Source of the DNA: Bdellovibrionales bacterium
GTDB taxonomy: Bacteria; Bdellovibrionota; Bdellovibrionia; Bdellovibrionales; JAGQZY01
DNA length: 64,000 bases
Reading direction: 5' to 3'
NCBI GenBank assembly: GCA_031426555.1
Contig: JANPLN010000025.1
Coordinates: 32,001-96,000, forward strand
Each line of letters opens with the position of its first letter. Within the stretch, counting starts at the first letter, position 1. The notes below the pieces were generated by a model. It ran no database searches. It saw only the letters and a program-made list of their open reading frames with translations, and was not told where the DNA came from. Shown here in pieces: positions 1 through 8,930 of the stretch. A program made the position numbers and the translations under genes.

Positions 1-821
1 TCCATCATCATGCGATCCAGGGGATTCATGCCTTGCAGATCCGAAACGTCTCCATCACACATTGGCAGGAGGACATTCCACGCGGTGTTAAAGGCATTGA
101 GAACCCGACTCGTCTGTCCATCAACGGGTCCGATTTCAAAAATAGCGCGAATGTTTACTGGTGAAATAATCTTTTCGGGCCAAGGACTGTTGGCATCGTA
201 GTAGAGATTGTAAGCGGCGCGCACGCCCTCACCACCGCGCGAGTGACCCATCATCCCTACCCGCGTAAAATCGATTTTGCCTTTGAGATCCAGCCCGACA
301 CTTTCAGGAGTTCCACCCTTTTGATTCCAATGGCTCAACGCTTGAAGATGACTCAGCACCAGTCGGCCTCGGGCCAAGTTTAAACCGAAATCTTCGGTGC
401 CACCGCGACCACAAGTGATTCCGAGGTTGGCATTGATTGATACGACAATCATGCCTTCTTCGGTGAGTTTATCTGCAAGGTAGCCGTAACCCAAGTGATT
501 GGGAGTGACCACGTAGCCTGGAGGGCAACTTCCTGAATTGGTGTAAGCACAGCTGTCGTCGATGCGCGGATTGGAACCATATCCGCAAGTTCCATGATTT
601 CCATGCAGCAAAACAACGAGGGGAGCTGGCTTGCTGATGTTTTGCGGGTAATAAACTTGCGCCCAAATTTCTGTTTTGCGATCCGCTAATATGTCTGGAT
701 ATTTTTGCGCTTGCAGTTTGTACTCACCCTGAGAGGGCCACTGAATTTTGGTGGTTGGTCTGGATGGTTTTGCCGAAGCTATATGGGTAAAAAGAAAAAC
801 AGCACAAAAAAACAATTTCAT
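1..821 (-). CDS. Secreted alpha/beta hydrolase, truncated by the window edge (not in the ORF track)
   Basis: Hand translation: MKLFFCAVFLFTHIASA signal peptide, ...PLVVLLHGNH..., nucleophile elbow MGHSRGGEG. AAGAGGGG RBS 6 nt upstream. The frame stays open toward position 1. Confidence 0.75.
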   Translation of the reverse strand, partial: MKLFFCAVFLFTHIASAKPSRPTTKIQWPSQGEYKLQAQKYPDILADRKTEIWAQVYYPQNISKPAPLVVLLHGNHGTCGYGSNPRIDDSCAYTNSGSCPPGYVVTPNHLGYGYLADKLTEEGMIVVSINANLGITCGRGGTEDFGLNLARGRLVLSHLQALSHWNQKGGTPESVGLDLKGKIDFTRVGMMGHSRGGEGVRAAYNLYYDANSPWPEKIISPVNIRAIFEIGPVDGQTSRVLNAFNTAWNVLLPMCDGDVSDLQGMNPLDRMMM

Positions 822-846
822 GGACATCCCCTCTTATGACGGGGCC

Positions 847-1683
847 TTACTCATCCATCATGCAAACGCGAGAGTACCCCATCTGTAGCATAGAAAACAC
901 GACGATCGGAGCTTGCGGGCCGCGAATCATCACTCTTGCAAAAGAGTCGATTTCGTCTTTTTGCAAGGCAGTTTTTATACCGTAGTTGGGTGAAAAATCC
1001 TCTTTCTTTACGAACTCTTTCCAGCTTTTGTAAATAATGGCTATCTTTTGCCATCCTGCACCTGAAGACATGGGTGGTTTTTTACTTACGTCGATGACAA
1101 AAACAGCATCTTCACGAGAGTGGGCCGGACAAAGAATGGTGCCGACAAGGCGAGGTTCCCAGTAGCGCTGATTTTGCAAAGCCTTCGAAAGTTTTGCCGT
1201 GGCTAAAAAGTTAAAATCCCGCATGGAGCCCAATTGAATGCGCTCTACACCTAGCACCAATAACGACAGGGCCACAGTGCCCTCTTCGCCGTTTCCGCGA
1301 TCGCCGTAGCCCAAAACCACAACATGGGAAAAGGGATTCACTCCCAATAGAGCTAATCGTCGAGCCAATTTTAAAGCTTGGAATTGCAAATCCTCGCCGC
1401 GAGCTTTGCGCAACGAAAATTCTTTGGGATCTACATGAATGGCATTGGGAACACGGGAAATCTGGTAATCAAAAAACGCCCGCACATCCAGCACAACAGT
1501 GTCTGATGTGATTTTAATGGGCCGGCTGCCTTTTTCGAATTGATAAGCGCGATCAATCACGCTGAGGTCTGACTCCGACGTTTTCGACGGAGCAAGAACG
1601 CAGCCCGCTAAACCGAACCCGAAAAGAAAAAGAGAACTAAAAAAACAACTCAGCCTACTGTTCATTCTTATGGGCATTGGCAT
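847..1683 (-). CDS. Rhodanese-domain lipoprotein
   Basis: LAGC lipobox; rhodanese signature VVLDVRAFFDYQISRVPNAIHVD; start codon uncertain. Confidence 0.65.
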   Translation of the reverse strand: MPMPIRMNSRLSCFFSSLFLFGFGLAGCVLAPSKTSESDLSVIDRAYQFEKGSRPIKITSDTVVLDVRAFFDYQISRVPNAIHVDPKEFSLRKARGEDLQFQALKLARRLALLGVNPFSHVVVLGYGDRGNGEEGTVALSLLVLGVERIQLGSMRDFNFLATAKLSKALQNQRYWEPRLVGTILCPAHSREDAVFVIDVSKKPPMSSGAGWQKIAIIYKSWKEFVKKEDFSPNYGIKTALQKDEIDSFARVMIRGPQAPIVVFSMLQMGYSRVCMMDE

Positions 1684-1686
1684 CGC

Positions 1687-3180
1687 TCAGTCTTTGTGCT
1701 TCATCGTCGGAAAAAATAAAATATCGCGAATGCTCGGTCGATCCGTTAACAACATCACAACGCGCTCCACACCAAGGCCCACTCCGCCCGTCGGTGGCAT
1801 TCCCACATCGATGGCATGGATAAAATCCTTATCCATAGGTTGCGCTTCTTCGTCCACCAAACGGCGAGCTTCTTGATCTCTCAGCCGCGCCAACTGGTCC
1901 TCTGGATCGTTCAACTCGGTATAGGCGTTGCCGATCTCCATGCCTGCACAGTAGGGCTCAAAGCGCTCCACAAGGCCGGCCTGCGTGCGATGCTTTTTAG
2001 TGAGCGGCGATACTTCCATTGGAAAGTCCATAATGATCGTTGGATGCCAGAGGTGCTTTTCGACAGCCAGCTCAAAAATCTCCATGACGAGCTCGCCTTT
2101 CGACGCTTTGTCTTTTTCCTCATAATCACTGCCCAAGGATTTTGCTTTTTGGAAAAGCTGTTCTACGGTGGCGGTTTCCGGATCAATATCTGCGTATTCG
2201 CGAACACCGTCGTAAACTTTTAAACGTCGCCACGGGGTTGTGAAGTCCACTTCTTTGCCCTGGTAAGTGAGTTTTGTAGTCCCGCAGACAGTTTGCGCCA
2301 AATGCGCCACGAGGTCTTCAAACTGCTTCATCTGGTAGGTGTAATCCGTGTAGGCCTCGTACCACTCGAGCATCGTAAATTCGGGATTGTGTGAACGATC
2401 GATGCCTTCGTTGCGAAAGTTTTTTCCGATTTCGTAAACTTTTTCAAAGCCGCCCACGATCAGACGCTTTAAATACAACTCCGGACTGATTTTGAGATAC
2501 AGCTTCATATCCAAGGCGCGGTGATGGGTTGAAAACGGATAGGCGGAGGCGCCTCCGTAAATGGGTTGAAGAACTGGCGTTTCCACTTCTAAAAATCCAC
2601 GCTTGTTTAAAAACTGACGAATTTCAGAAATAATTTTGGAGCGCTTTTCAAAAACCAGGCGACTTTCGACGTCGCTGATTAAATCCAAATGGCGGTGGCG
2701 GTATTTGATTTCGATGTCTTGGATTCCGTGAAATTTTTCTGGCAGGGGCTCTAAAGTTTTGCACAGCATTTCAAATTTTGTGCAATGAAGTGAAAGTTCG
2801 CCTTTTTGTGTTTTAAAAACAAAACCCTCAACTCCGATGATGTCTCCAAGGTCCAAAAGGTCAAAAGCTATTTTGTCGTGATCCGAAAGCTCGTCGCGAC
2901 GAAGGTAGCACTGAAGATTTCCCGACTGATCTTGAATATTAAAAAACGCCGCTTTGCCCATGGGCCGCTTGGTCATCAAGCGACCAGCGAGACGGTACAC
3001 CGAACTTTCTTTTTTCTCGCCGGTCTCGAGGTCAGCGAACTGTTCTTTGATCGGAGAGATGGTGCTTGTGCGCTCGAAATTGTGCGGGTACGGATCGTAA
3101 TTCTGAGCTTTGAGCTCATGCAACTTACGGCGTTTCTCGGCACGAATCGGATTTTCGTTTTGCTCAATGTCCGTGCTCAT
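1687..3180 (-). CDS. lysS: Lysine--tRNA ligase (class II)
   Basis: OB-fold N-terminus (RLAGRLMTKRPMGKAAF), FLEVETP, FRNEGID..HNPEFTMLEWY, GMPPTGGVGLGVERVVM. Confidence 0.97.
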   Translation of the reverse strand: MSTDIEQNENPIRAEKRRKLHELKAQNYDPYPHNFERTSTISPIKEQFADLETGEKKESSVYRLAGRLMTKRPMGKAAFFNIQDQSGNLQCYLRRDELSDHDKIAFDLLDLGDIIGVEGFVFKTQKGELSLHCTKFEMLCKTLEPLPEKFHGIQDIEIKYRHRHLDLISDVESRLVFEKRSKIISEIRQFLNKRGFLEVETPVLQPIYGGASAYPFSTHHRALDMKLYLKISPELYLKRLIVGGFEKVYEIGKNFRNEGIDRSHNPEFTMLEWYEAYTDYTYQMKQFEDLVAHLAQTVCGTTKLTYQGKEVDFTTPWRRLKVYDGVREYADIDPETATVEQLFQKAKSLGSDYEEKDKASKGELVMEIFELAVEKHLWHPTIIMDFPMEVSPLTKKHRTQAGLVERFEPYCAGMEIGNAYTELNDPEDQLARLRDQEARRLVDEEAQPMDKDFIHAIDVGMPPTGGVGLGVERVVMLLTDRPSIRDILFFPTMKHKD

Positions 3181-4100
3181 AGAGAGTGTCCAACAAAAGC
3201 ATCCATCACTTTGTGTAAAAGCTCAATGGCTTCGGCCTTGGGTCGTTGAAAGGCGTTGCGGCCCATGATGCTGCCAAAGGCACCGCCCTCTGCAAGCTCC
3301 TTCACCTCGGCTAAAATAGCCTCGGAGGACTTTGCTTCGCCACCGCTAAAAATCACCACGCGGCGACCATTAAAGGCAGATTCCACAACATGCCGAATGC
3401 GATCAGAGAGTTTTTGAATGGGAATATTTTGTTCCGTGTAAACTTTTTTGGCCTCAGGTTGCTCGATGAAGGCTGTTGGTGGTTTTACCTTGATAAAATG
3501 GGCGCCAAGCTGGGCGGCAATTTGCGCGCAGTAAGCGATCACATCAATTCCTGTTTCGCCGTCTTTGCTTAAATGCTCGCCGCGAGCGTAGGCCCAGATC
3601 ACCACGAGAAGGCCGTTCTTCTTTGCGAGGCGCGAAGCTTCGGCGATTTCTTCATACATTTCTTTGCGCAATGAGCTTCCGGGATAAATGGTAAAGCCAA
3701 TTCCCACGCAGCCTAATCGAAGCGCATCTTCCACGCTGCCGGTCAGAGCCGAACACGGACCATTGGTTTTAAAAAGTGTGTCAGAATTATTGATTTTGAG
3801 AATGAGAGGAATTTCGCCTGCGAAATCCCGCGAGACGGCTTCGATAAAACCGAGCGGAGCTGCATAGGCGTTGCAGCCCGACTCCACAGCGAGGCCCGCG
3901 TGATAAAGGGGATCGTAGCCATCTGGATTTTTGGCAAAACTGCGTGCCGGACCGTGCTCAAAACCTTGATCCACCGGCAGAATAACCATCTTGCCCGTGC
4001 CACCTAAACGCCCATGATTTAGCACCCGAGCCATGTTCGTTAGAACACCAGGATTGTCCGAACCATACCAACTCAAAATCTCTCTGACTCTTGGTGTCAT
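3177..4100 (-). CDS. fbaB: Class I fructose-bisphosphate aldolase (DhnA/FbaB family)
   Basis: ILPVDQGFEHGP, AQLGAHFIKVK (Schiff-base Lys), GSIMGRNAFQR; start placed at MTPRV. Confidence 0.92.
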   Translation of the reverse strand: MTPRVREILSWYGSDNPGVLTNMARVLNHGRLGGTGKMVILPVDQGFEHGPARSFAKNPDGYDPLYHAGLAVESGCNAYAAPLGFIEAVSRDFAGEIPLILKINNSDTLFKTNGPCSALTGSVEDALRLGCVGIGFTIYPGSSLRKEMYEEIAEASRLAKKNGLLVVIWAYARGEHLSKDGETGIDVIAYCAQIAAQLGAHFIKVKPPTAFIEQPEAKKVYTEQNIPIQKLSDRIRHVVESAFNGRRVVIFSGGEAKSSEAILAEVKELAEGGAFGSIMGRNAFQRPKAEAIELLHKVMDAFVGHSL

Positions 4101-4213
4101 AAACGCCTCTTTCTCCAATGAAAAACGATCCCATTGATTCGCTTAGAATGATCGCGAAGTCAATGCCCAAGCCCGCGCTTGACCCCTTATAGAATCAAGC
4201 GGACCCTTAAAGA

Positions 4214-5032
4214 ATGTGGAACCGGAAAAAGTTTCTTATCCTCGCTGTTTTTTTAAACTGTATGTACTTTGTCGGAACTTCCGTTCTCGTCAGTCGCCAT
4301 ATAAACAAACACAATCAATTCCAATCAAATCGGTGGATCGAAGCCGGCTCACGAGCAGTTTTAGACAAACTTCTTTTAGACTCAAAACATCGCGAGAGTT
4401 TTTCGCCTGAACTCCAAAATCTCCACTCTAAAGAAGATTTCAAACGTTGGGCTTCTGAAGAAAACATAACGAACGTCGTGGAACTCGAAGAAGAATCCGC
4501 AACCAGCTGGGTGGGCTCAAGGGAGGGTGTGCCATTTCGCAGAACCCATTTAAAATTTTTGGACGACGTTGGATTTTATAAAAATGCAAACTATCTCAAC
4601 TTCAATTACTTTTTAAAGGTGGACAGCAGGCAATTCCTTATCACCCAACAAATCGATGATGTCGATCTGTCAGTGTATCTGGATGCCTACGGTATGGAGG
4701 TCGCCATCGTCGAAAGCGATGGCGAGAACAGTGTCCACTTGCTCTACACAACGCTACCCAAAACTGTGACCGATGATCTTGCACAGAAGATATCTTTTGA
4801 CGAGCAACGCTTGTTGCCAGAATCCATGACTCTCGCGAAGGAAATTTATATGGTCAAAACGGTGGATTTAATTCCCCACGGACCACTGCAACAAAAAATA
4901 GTGTTCACAAAAAAAATGAGCAGTTACGAACTTTTAAAAATTCAAGATGTGCTGATTTTTATTTGGACGTTTTTTTGTATTTCCATCGCCTTAAACGTTG
5001 TGCTTTTTAAATACGCCGATCCGTACCCTTAA
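4214..5032 (+). CDS. Hypothetical membrane protein (two TM segments around a periplasmic domain)
   Basis: 272-aa ORF with hydrophobic N- and C-terminal segments. Confidence 0.6.
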   Translation: MWNRKKFLILAVFLNCMYFVGTSVLVSRHINKHNQFQSNRWIEAGSRAVLDKLLLDSKHRESFSPELQNLHSKEDFKRWASEENITNVVELEEESATSWVGSREGVPFRRTHLKFLDDVGFYKNANYLNFNYFLKVDSRQFLITQQIDDVDLSVYLDAYGMEVAIVESDGENSVHLLYTTLPKTVTDDLAQKISFDEQRLLPESMTLAKEIYMVKTVDLIPHGPLQQKIVFTKKMSSYELLKIQDVLIFIWTFFCISIALNVVLFKYADPYP

Positions 5033-5592
5033 AATGTGCGAACTTTTTGACTGGCTTCGAGGATATCCACAACTTCCTGCTGCAACAATCTCAACATGTC
5101 TTTGGCAAAGACGTCGGCTGTTACACCCAGCTCCTCAAGACTCAAAATCGGAACTGGCGCCCCGGTTTGCAGGCTGTTCACCGCGAAATGAATCAAACAC
5201 GAATTCGCCGATTGTGTGGCGATGGAGATATTAAGTTTTTTATTTTCAAAATACAAATCATCGCCTTTGCGCACCAGGTTTAGCGCCATTGAATTCTTCG
5301 ATTTGTTTTGTAAATACGTTTTTACAATCTCTGCCATGAGTCTTTGCAAACAAACGCCTGCTTTCAAACTCACATCGAAGAGTTCGATCACAAAATGCAC
5401 CATTTGGTCAGCGGCGATGCTTTCTTTGGCTCTCAAGTCTTCGCCGTCGATCATATGCTCAGTCGCCACCGCACAGGGGCCCAGCCAGGCGACCACGGAG
5501 TTACCAAGCAGACCATGCTGTAAATAATTCGTCAGCGGCTTGAGTTGCTCGCCGGTGTAATTTACGTTTTGACTCAAAAACAATGTCTTCAT
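5029..5592 (-). CDS. DUF366 family protein
   Basis: YTGEQL...GNSVVAWLGPC...MIDGED...MVHFVIE...LQRL...GDDLY..KKLNISIA..HFAVN pattern; ATGA overlap with the queC stop. Confidence 0.8.
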   Translation of the reverse strand: MKTLFLSQNVNYTGEQLKPLTNYLQHGLLGNSVVAWLGPCAVATEHMIDGEDLRAKESIAADQMVHFVIELFDVSLKAGVCLQRLMAEIVKTYLQNKSKNSMALNLVRKGDDLYFENKKLNISIATQSANSCLIHFAVNSLQTGAPVPILSLEELGVTADVFAKDMLRLLQQEVVDILEASQKVRTF

Positions 5593-6248
5593 TTTATAAC
5601 TCCTGCTTGCTTCAACGCATTTTGAAAACGCAAACACGACTCACAACTGCCGCACCACTTTTCGCCGGCTTGATAGCAGGGCCACAAATCTTCGATGGTG
5701 AGACCGAGGTCTAAACCTCGCTTGAGGATTTCGGTTTTGTTCATTTGAATGGTGTAACACTTTACGCGGACTTTGTTTTGCGTTGAAAATTGAAAGCTCT
5801 GTTCTAGCGCTTCCTGAAATTCTACGGAATTATCTGGAAAAGTGGTGGCCTCTTCTAAATTAAAGCCCGGAACAATCTCCTGAACTCCCAGGCCTTCTGC
5901 AAAGCCCGCAGCGATGTTTAAAAAAATACCGTTGCGATTTGGCACCCACACCTTTTCGGCGGTGATAAGACTTTTTTCGTAGGATTGAATATTCACCTCG
6001 GAGCCCAGCGGAATATTTTTATCAGCTCGTAGTAGCGAAGACGACGTAAACGTTTTAAAAAACGGTAACTCCACCACACTGTGGGGCACGTTGTGTTTGT
6101 GGCATATCGCTTTTGCGCGCCCGATCTCTTTGTCGGCGGCTTTTTGCCCATAGGAGAAAGTGAGGGCGAGCTTCACGCCACCGTCCTTCAGGGCTTCTAA
6201 AAAATTAACGGTGGAATCCAATCCCGCTGACAGTAAAACCAGCTTCAT
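5589..6248 (-). CDS. queC: 7-cyano-7-deazaguanine synthase
   Basis: PP-loop LSAGLDS, VPNRNGIFL, FPDNS, Zn site CY...CGSCESC. Confidence 0.93.
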   Translation of the reverse strand: MKLVLLSAGLDSTVNFLEALKDGGVKLALTFSYGQKAADKEIGRAKAICHKHNVPHSVVELPFFKTFTSSSLLRADKNIPLGSEVNIQSYEKSLITAEKVWVPNRNGIFLNIAAGFAEGLGVQEIVPGFNLEEATTFPDNSVEFQEALEQSFQFSTQNKVRVKCYTIQMNKTEILKRGLDLGLTIEDLWPCYQAGEKWCGSCESCLRFQNALKQAGVIK

Positions 6249-7954
6249 ACGGTTTCCTTAATGTCTTTGAGCAAAAGCTGGATTCGGCGACTTCCCATAA
6301 ACTCGTTCCATTGGGGTTCACACAAAATCGAAAAGGCCTTCTCCTCACTGGAGGTAAAATAATCTAGCTTCTGCGGAAAAAACCAAACGCATTCCATCAG
6401 AAAACCCTTGGGGTCTGCAAAGGAGATTTTTAAATGGGTGCTCTTCATCGTGGTTACTTTTTGCACTTTCAGACCGTCCACTCGAAACACCGGAGTGCCG
6501 AAGCTTTGGCCAAAGGGCTCCAAGCTGTCCCACGACTTCATAAATCCTTGAATCCCATGGAAGTCGATTTTTAAATCGTACTTTTGCGAGAGGGTCACAT
6601 CTACATTGTGACTGAGTGATTGAATCAGGGCTTTTTCGAAGTCGTCGGCCTTTTCGGGCGAAAGCTCGAAGCCCGCCGCTGCAAGGTGACCACCAAATTT
6701 ATTGAGATGAACACTGGAGTCCTGCAGCGTTTTTAACACACTCACCGAGCTGCCATTGGGTGCACGCGCACTGCCGACAATGACGCCTTTTTTAGTCAAG
6801 GCGCCAACGTAGGCCGGTCTTTGAAAGCGATTCACCAGCTGAGTGGCAAGTAAACCCACCAGTCCCTTATGAAAATGTTCGGACCAAAAAAATAAAACGT
6901 CGGATTGCGAATCGCGAATGGATTTTTGCAGAATCATCGTCTCCAGCAAAGCCTCGGCTTCGTCGAGCAAGGCCACGCGATGCTCATTGTTTTTGAGAAC
7001 CGTTTGCACCATCAGCGCTGCTTTGGCAGGGTCTTCCACCATAAAAATGTCGATGGGTTTTAGCTCCACGTCCAGGCGGGTTAACGAGTTGAGTTTAGGC
7101 ACAAAACGAATGGCCACGTCCTGCGCTCGCAGAACCTTGTCGTTCATCTTTAAGGCTTCCAGCAACATGCGAATGCCCACCATGGAGGTTTTTTCTAAAA
7201 CTTTGAGTCCGTGCTTTACCAGAATGCGATTCTCTTTTACCAACGGAACGAGGTCGGCCACGGTTCCAATGGCAAAACAGTCCAAAAGTGATTTGATATC
7301 AAAATCCTTTTCCAACAAATTTTGCTCTTTAAGATGGCGCCGCAAAGCCATGATTAAATAAAAGCCCACGCCCGTGCCACACAAAAATCCCAAACCGGAT
7401 GTGCACTCTGGCTGATTGGGATTCACGATGCAATAGGCTGGTGGAATCTCATCGAGCACTTGGTGGTGATCCGTTAAAATAACATCCACGCCCAAGGACT
7501 GTACCTTTTTAATGTTTTCAACATCGGTAATGCCCACATCCACCGTGATAAAAACTTTGACGTTATTTTGTTCGATAAATTTTTGCGCGAGGTGATAGTG
7601 AAATCCATAACCATCGGCATGCCGATCGGGCTGACAATAGAAAATTTTTTTAAAGCCGAGGCCTGTGAGACCGCGATACATCAACGCTAGCGCTGGCGTT
7701 CCATCCATATCAAAATCGCCATACACACAAATCGCTTCTTGATTCGTTTTTGCGACGGTTAAGCGCTCGACAGCTTTATCCATGCCCAAAAGTGACAATG
7801 GATCTTTTAAGTTTTTTAAATTATAAAAGAGAAATTCGTGAACAGACTGGGAGTCTTTAAACCCCCGCGTGGCTAAAAATTGAGTCACAACCTCGTCGAA
7901 GCCCTCAATCGAGAGCTTGTTATCTGACTCGCGTTGAGCCCAAATGCTTTCCAT
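6245..7954 (-). CDS. recJ: Single-stranded-DNA exonuclease RecJ
   Basis: YGDFDMDG, ITVDVG, TDHH, GTVADLVPL, GSAR, FGGHLAAAG, LEPFG. Confidence 0.95.
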   Translation of the reverse strand: MESIWAQRESDNKLSIEGFDEVVTQFLATRGFKDSQSVHEFLFYNLKNLKDPLSLLGMDKAVERLTVAKTNQEAICVYGDFDMDGTPALALMYRGLTGLGFKKIFYCQPDRHADGYGFHYHLAQKFIEQNNVKVFITVDVGITDVENIKKVQSLGVDVILTDHHQVLDEIPPAYCIVNPNQPECTSGLGFLCGTGVGFYLIMALRRHLKEQNLLEKDFDIKSLLDCFAIGTVADLVPLVKENRILVKHGLKVLEKTSMVGIRMLLEALKMNDKVLRAQDVAIRFVPKLNSLTRLDVELKPIDIFMVEDPAKAALMVQTVLKNNEHRVALLDEAEALLETMILQKSIRDSQSDVLFFWSEHFHKGLVGLLATQLVNRFQRPAYVGALTKKGVIVGSARAPNGSSVSVLKTLQDSSVHLNKFGGHLAAAGFELSPEKADDFEKALIQSLSHNVDVTLSQKYDLKIDFHGIQGFMKSWDSLEPFGQSFGTPVFRVDGLKVQKVTTMKSTHLKISFADPKGFLMECVWFFPQKLDYFTSSEEKAFSILCEPQWNEFMGSRRIQLLLKDIKETV

Positions 7955-7987
7955 TTCAAAACACGTCGCCGAAGGTGGGTTTAACCA

Positions 7988-8917
7988 TCAGGCAAACTTT
8001 TTAAACAGTTTGTCGGTGATCGGAATTAATGGAGCTGCCACATAGATTGACGAGAACGTTCCTAAAACCACACCAATCAATAAAGTGAAGGCGATGTCTT
8101 GGATCACGCCCGAACCAAACCAAAAGAGACTGAACGCGCTGAGGAGAGTTGTTGTTCCTGTTAATAAAGTTCGCACAAGCATTTCGTTCAGCGATCGGTT
8201 GATCACAAAGCCAAAGCCTTTGTCTTTATAGGTTGGCTCGTTTTCACGAATACTGTCGTAAACCACGATGGTATCATTCAACGAGTAACCGATAAGCGTT
8301 AAAACCCCGGCTAAAACCTGGATGTTCACTTCGCGTCCAAGGATCGAAAAAATTCCAAGAAGAACAATGGTATCATGGAAGAGACAGATCACGGCACCCG
8401 GAGAGTAACGAAAATCAAAACGAAGTCCGATGTACAACAAGATCACCAATAAACTATAAAGAATGGACAAGAGAGCCTGTTTTTTGAGTTCTGATCCCAC
8501 TTGCGGTCCCACGGAATCCACACGCATGATGCCGTTTTCTGGAAGATTCATTTGTGTTTTAAGAGCCGTGGTTAGTTTATCAATTCTCGCCTGATTCAGT
8601 TTATTGGTTTCCTGAAAGGTGGCACCCTTGGCTTGCCCCATGCGAATCAAAACTTCATTGCCGGTTCCGAAGGTTTGAACCGTGGAACCCTCGGCGCCGA
8701 TCTCGTCGAGAATGGTACGAACCTTAGCCACATCCGGTATCGTCGAGAATTGAACTTGCAACTCCGTACCGCCTTCGAAATCAATCCCGTATTGAAAACC
8801 CTTGGTGCTAATCATGATCACAGCTACGATAAAGGTCACCGCTGAGATGACACCCATGATCGGTGCAAGTTTCATAAAATCAAAGCGGCCAAAATCAGCA
8901 AAGTTTTTTGTCGTCAT
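7988..8917 (-). CDS. secF: Protein translocase subunit SecF
   Basis: GIDFEGG, VGPQVGSEL, GYSLNDTIVVYD; start placed at MTTKN. Confidence 0.95.
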   Translation of the reverse strand: MTTKNFADFGRFDFMKLAPIMGVISAVTFIVAVIMISTKGFQYGIDFEGGTELQVQFSTIPDVAKVRTILDEIGAEGSTVQTFGTGNEVLIRMGQAKGATFQETNKLNQARIDKLTTALKTQMNLPENGIMRVDSVGPQVGSELKKQALLSILYSLLVILLYIGLRFDFRYSPGAVICLFHDTIVLLGIFSILGREVNIQVLAGVLTLIGYSLNDTIVVYDSIRENEPTYKDKGFGFVINRSLNEMLVRTLLTGTTTLLSAFSLFWFGSGVIQDIAFTLLIGVVLGTFSSIYVAAPLIPITDKLFKKFA

Positions 8918-8930
8918 AAAGTACCTCTCC

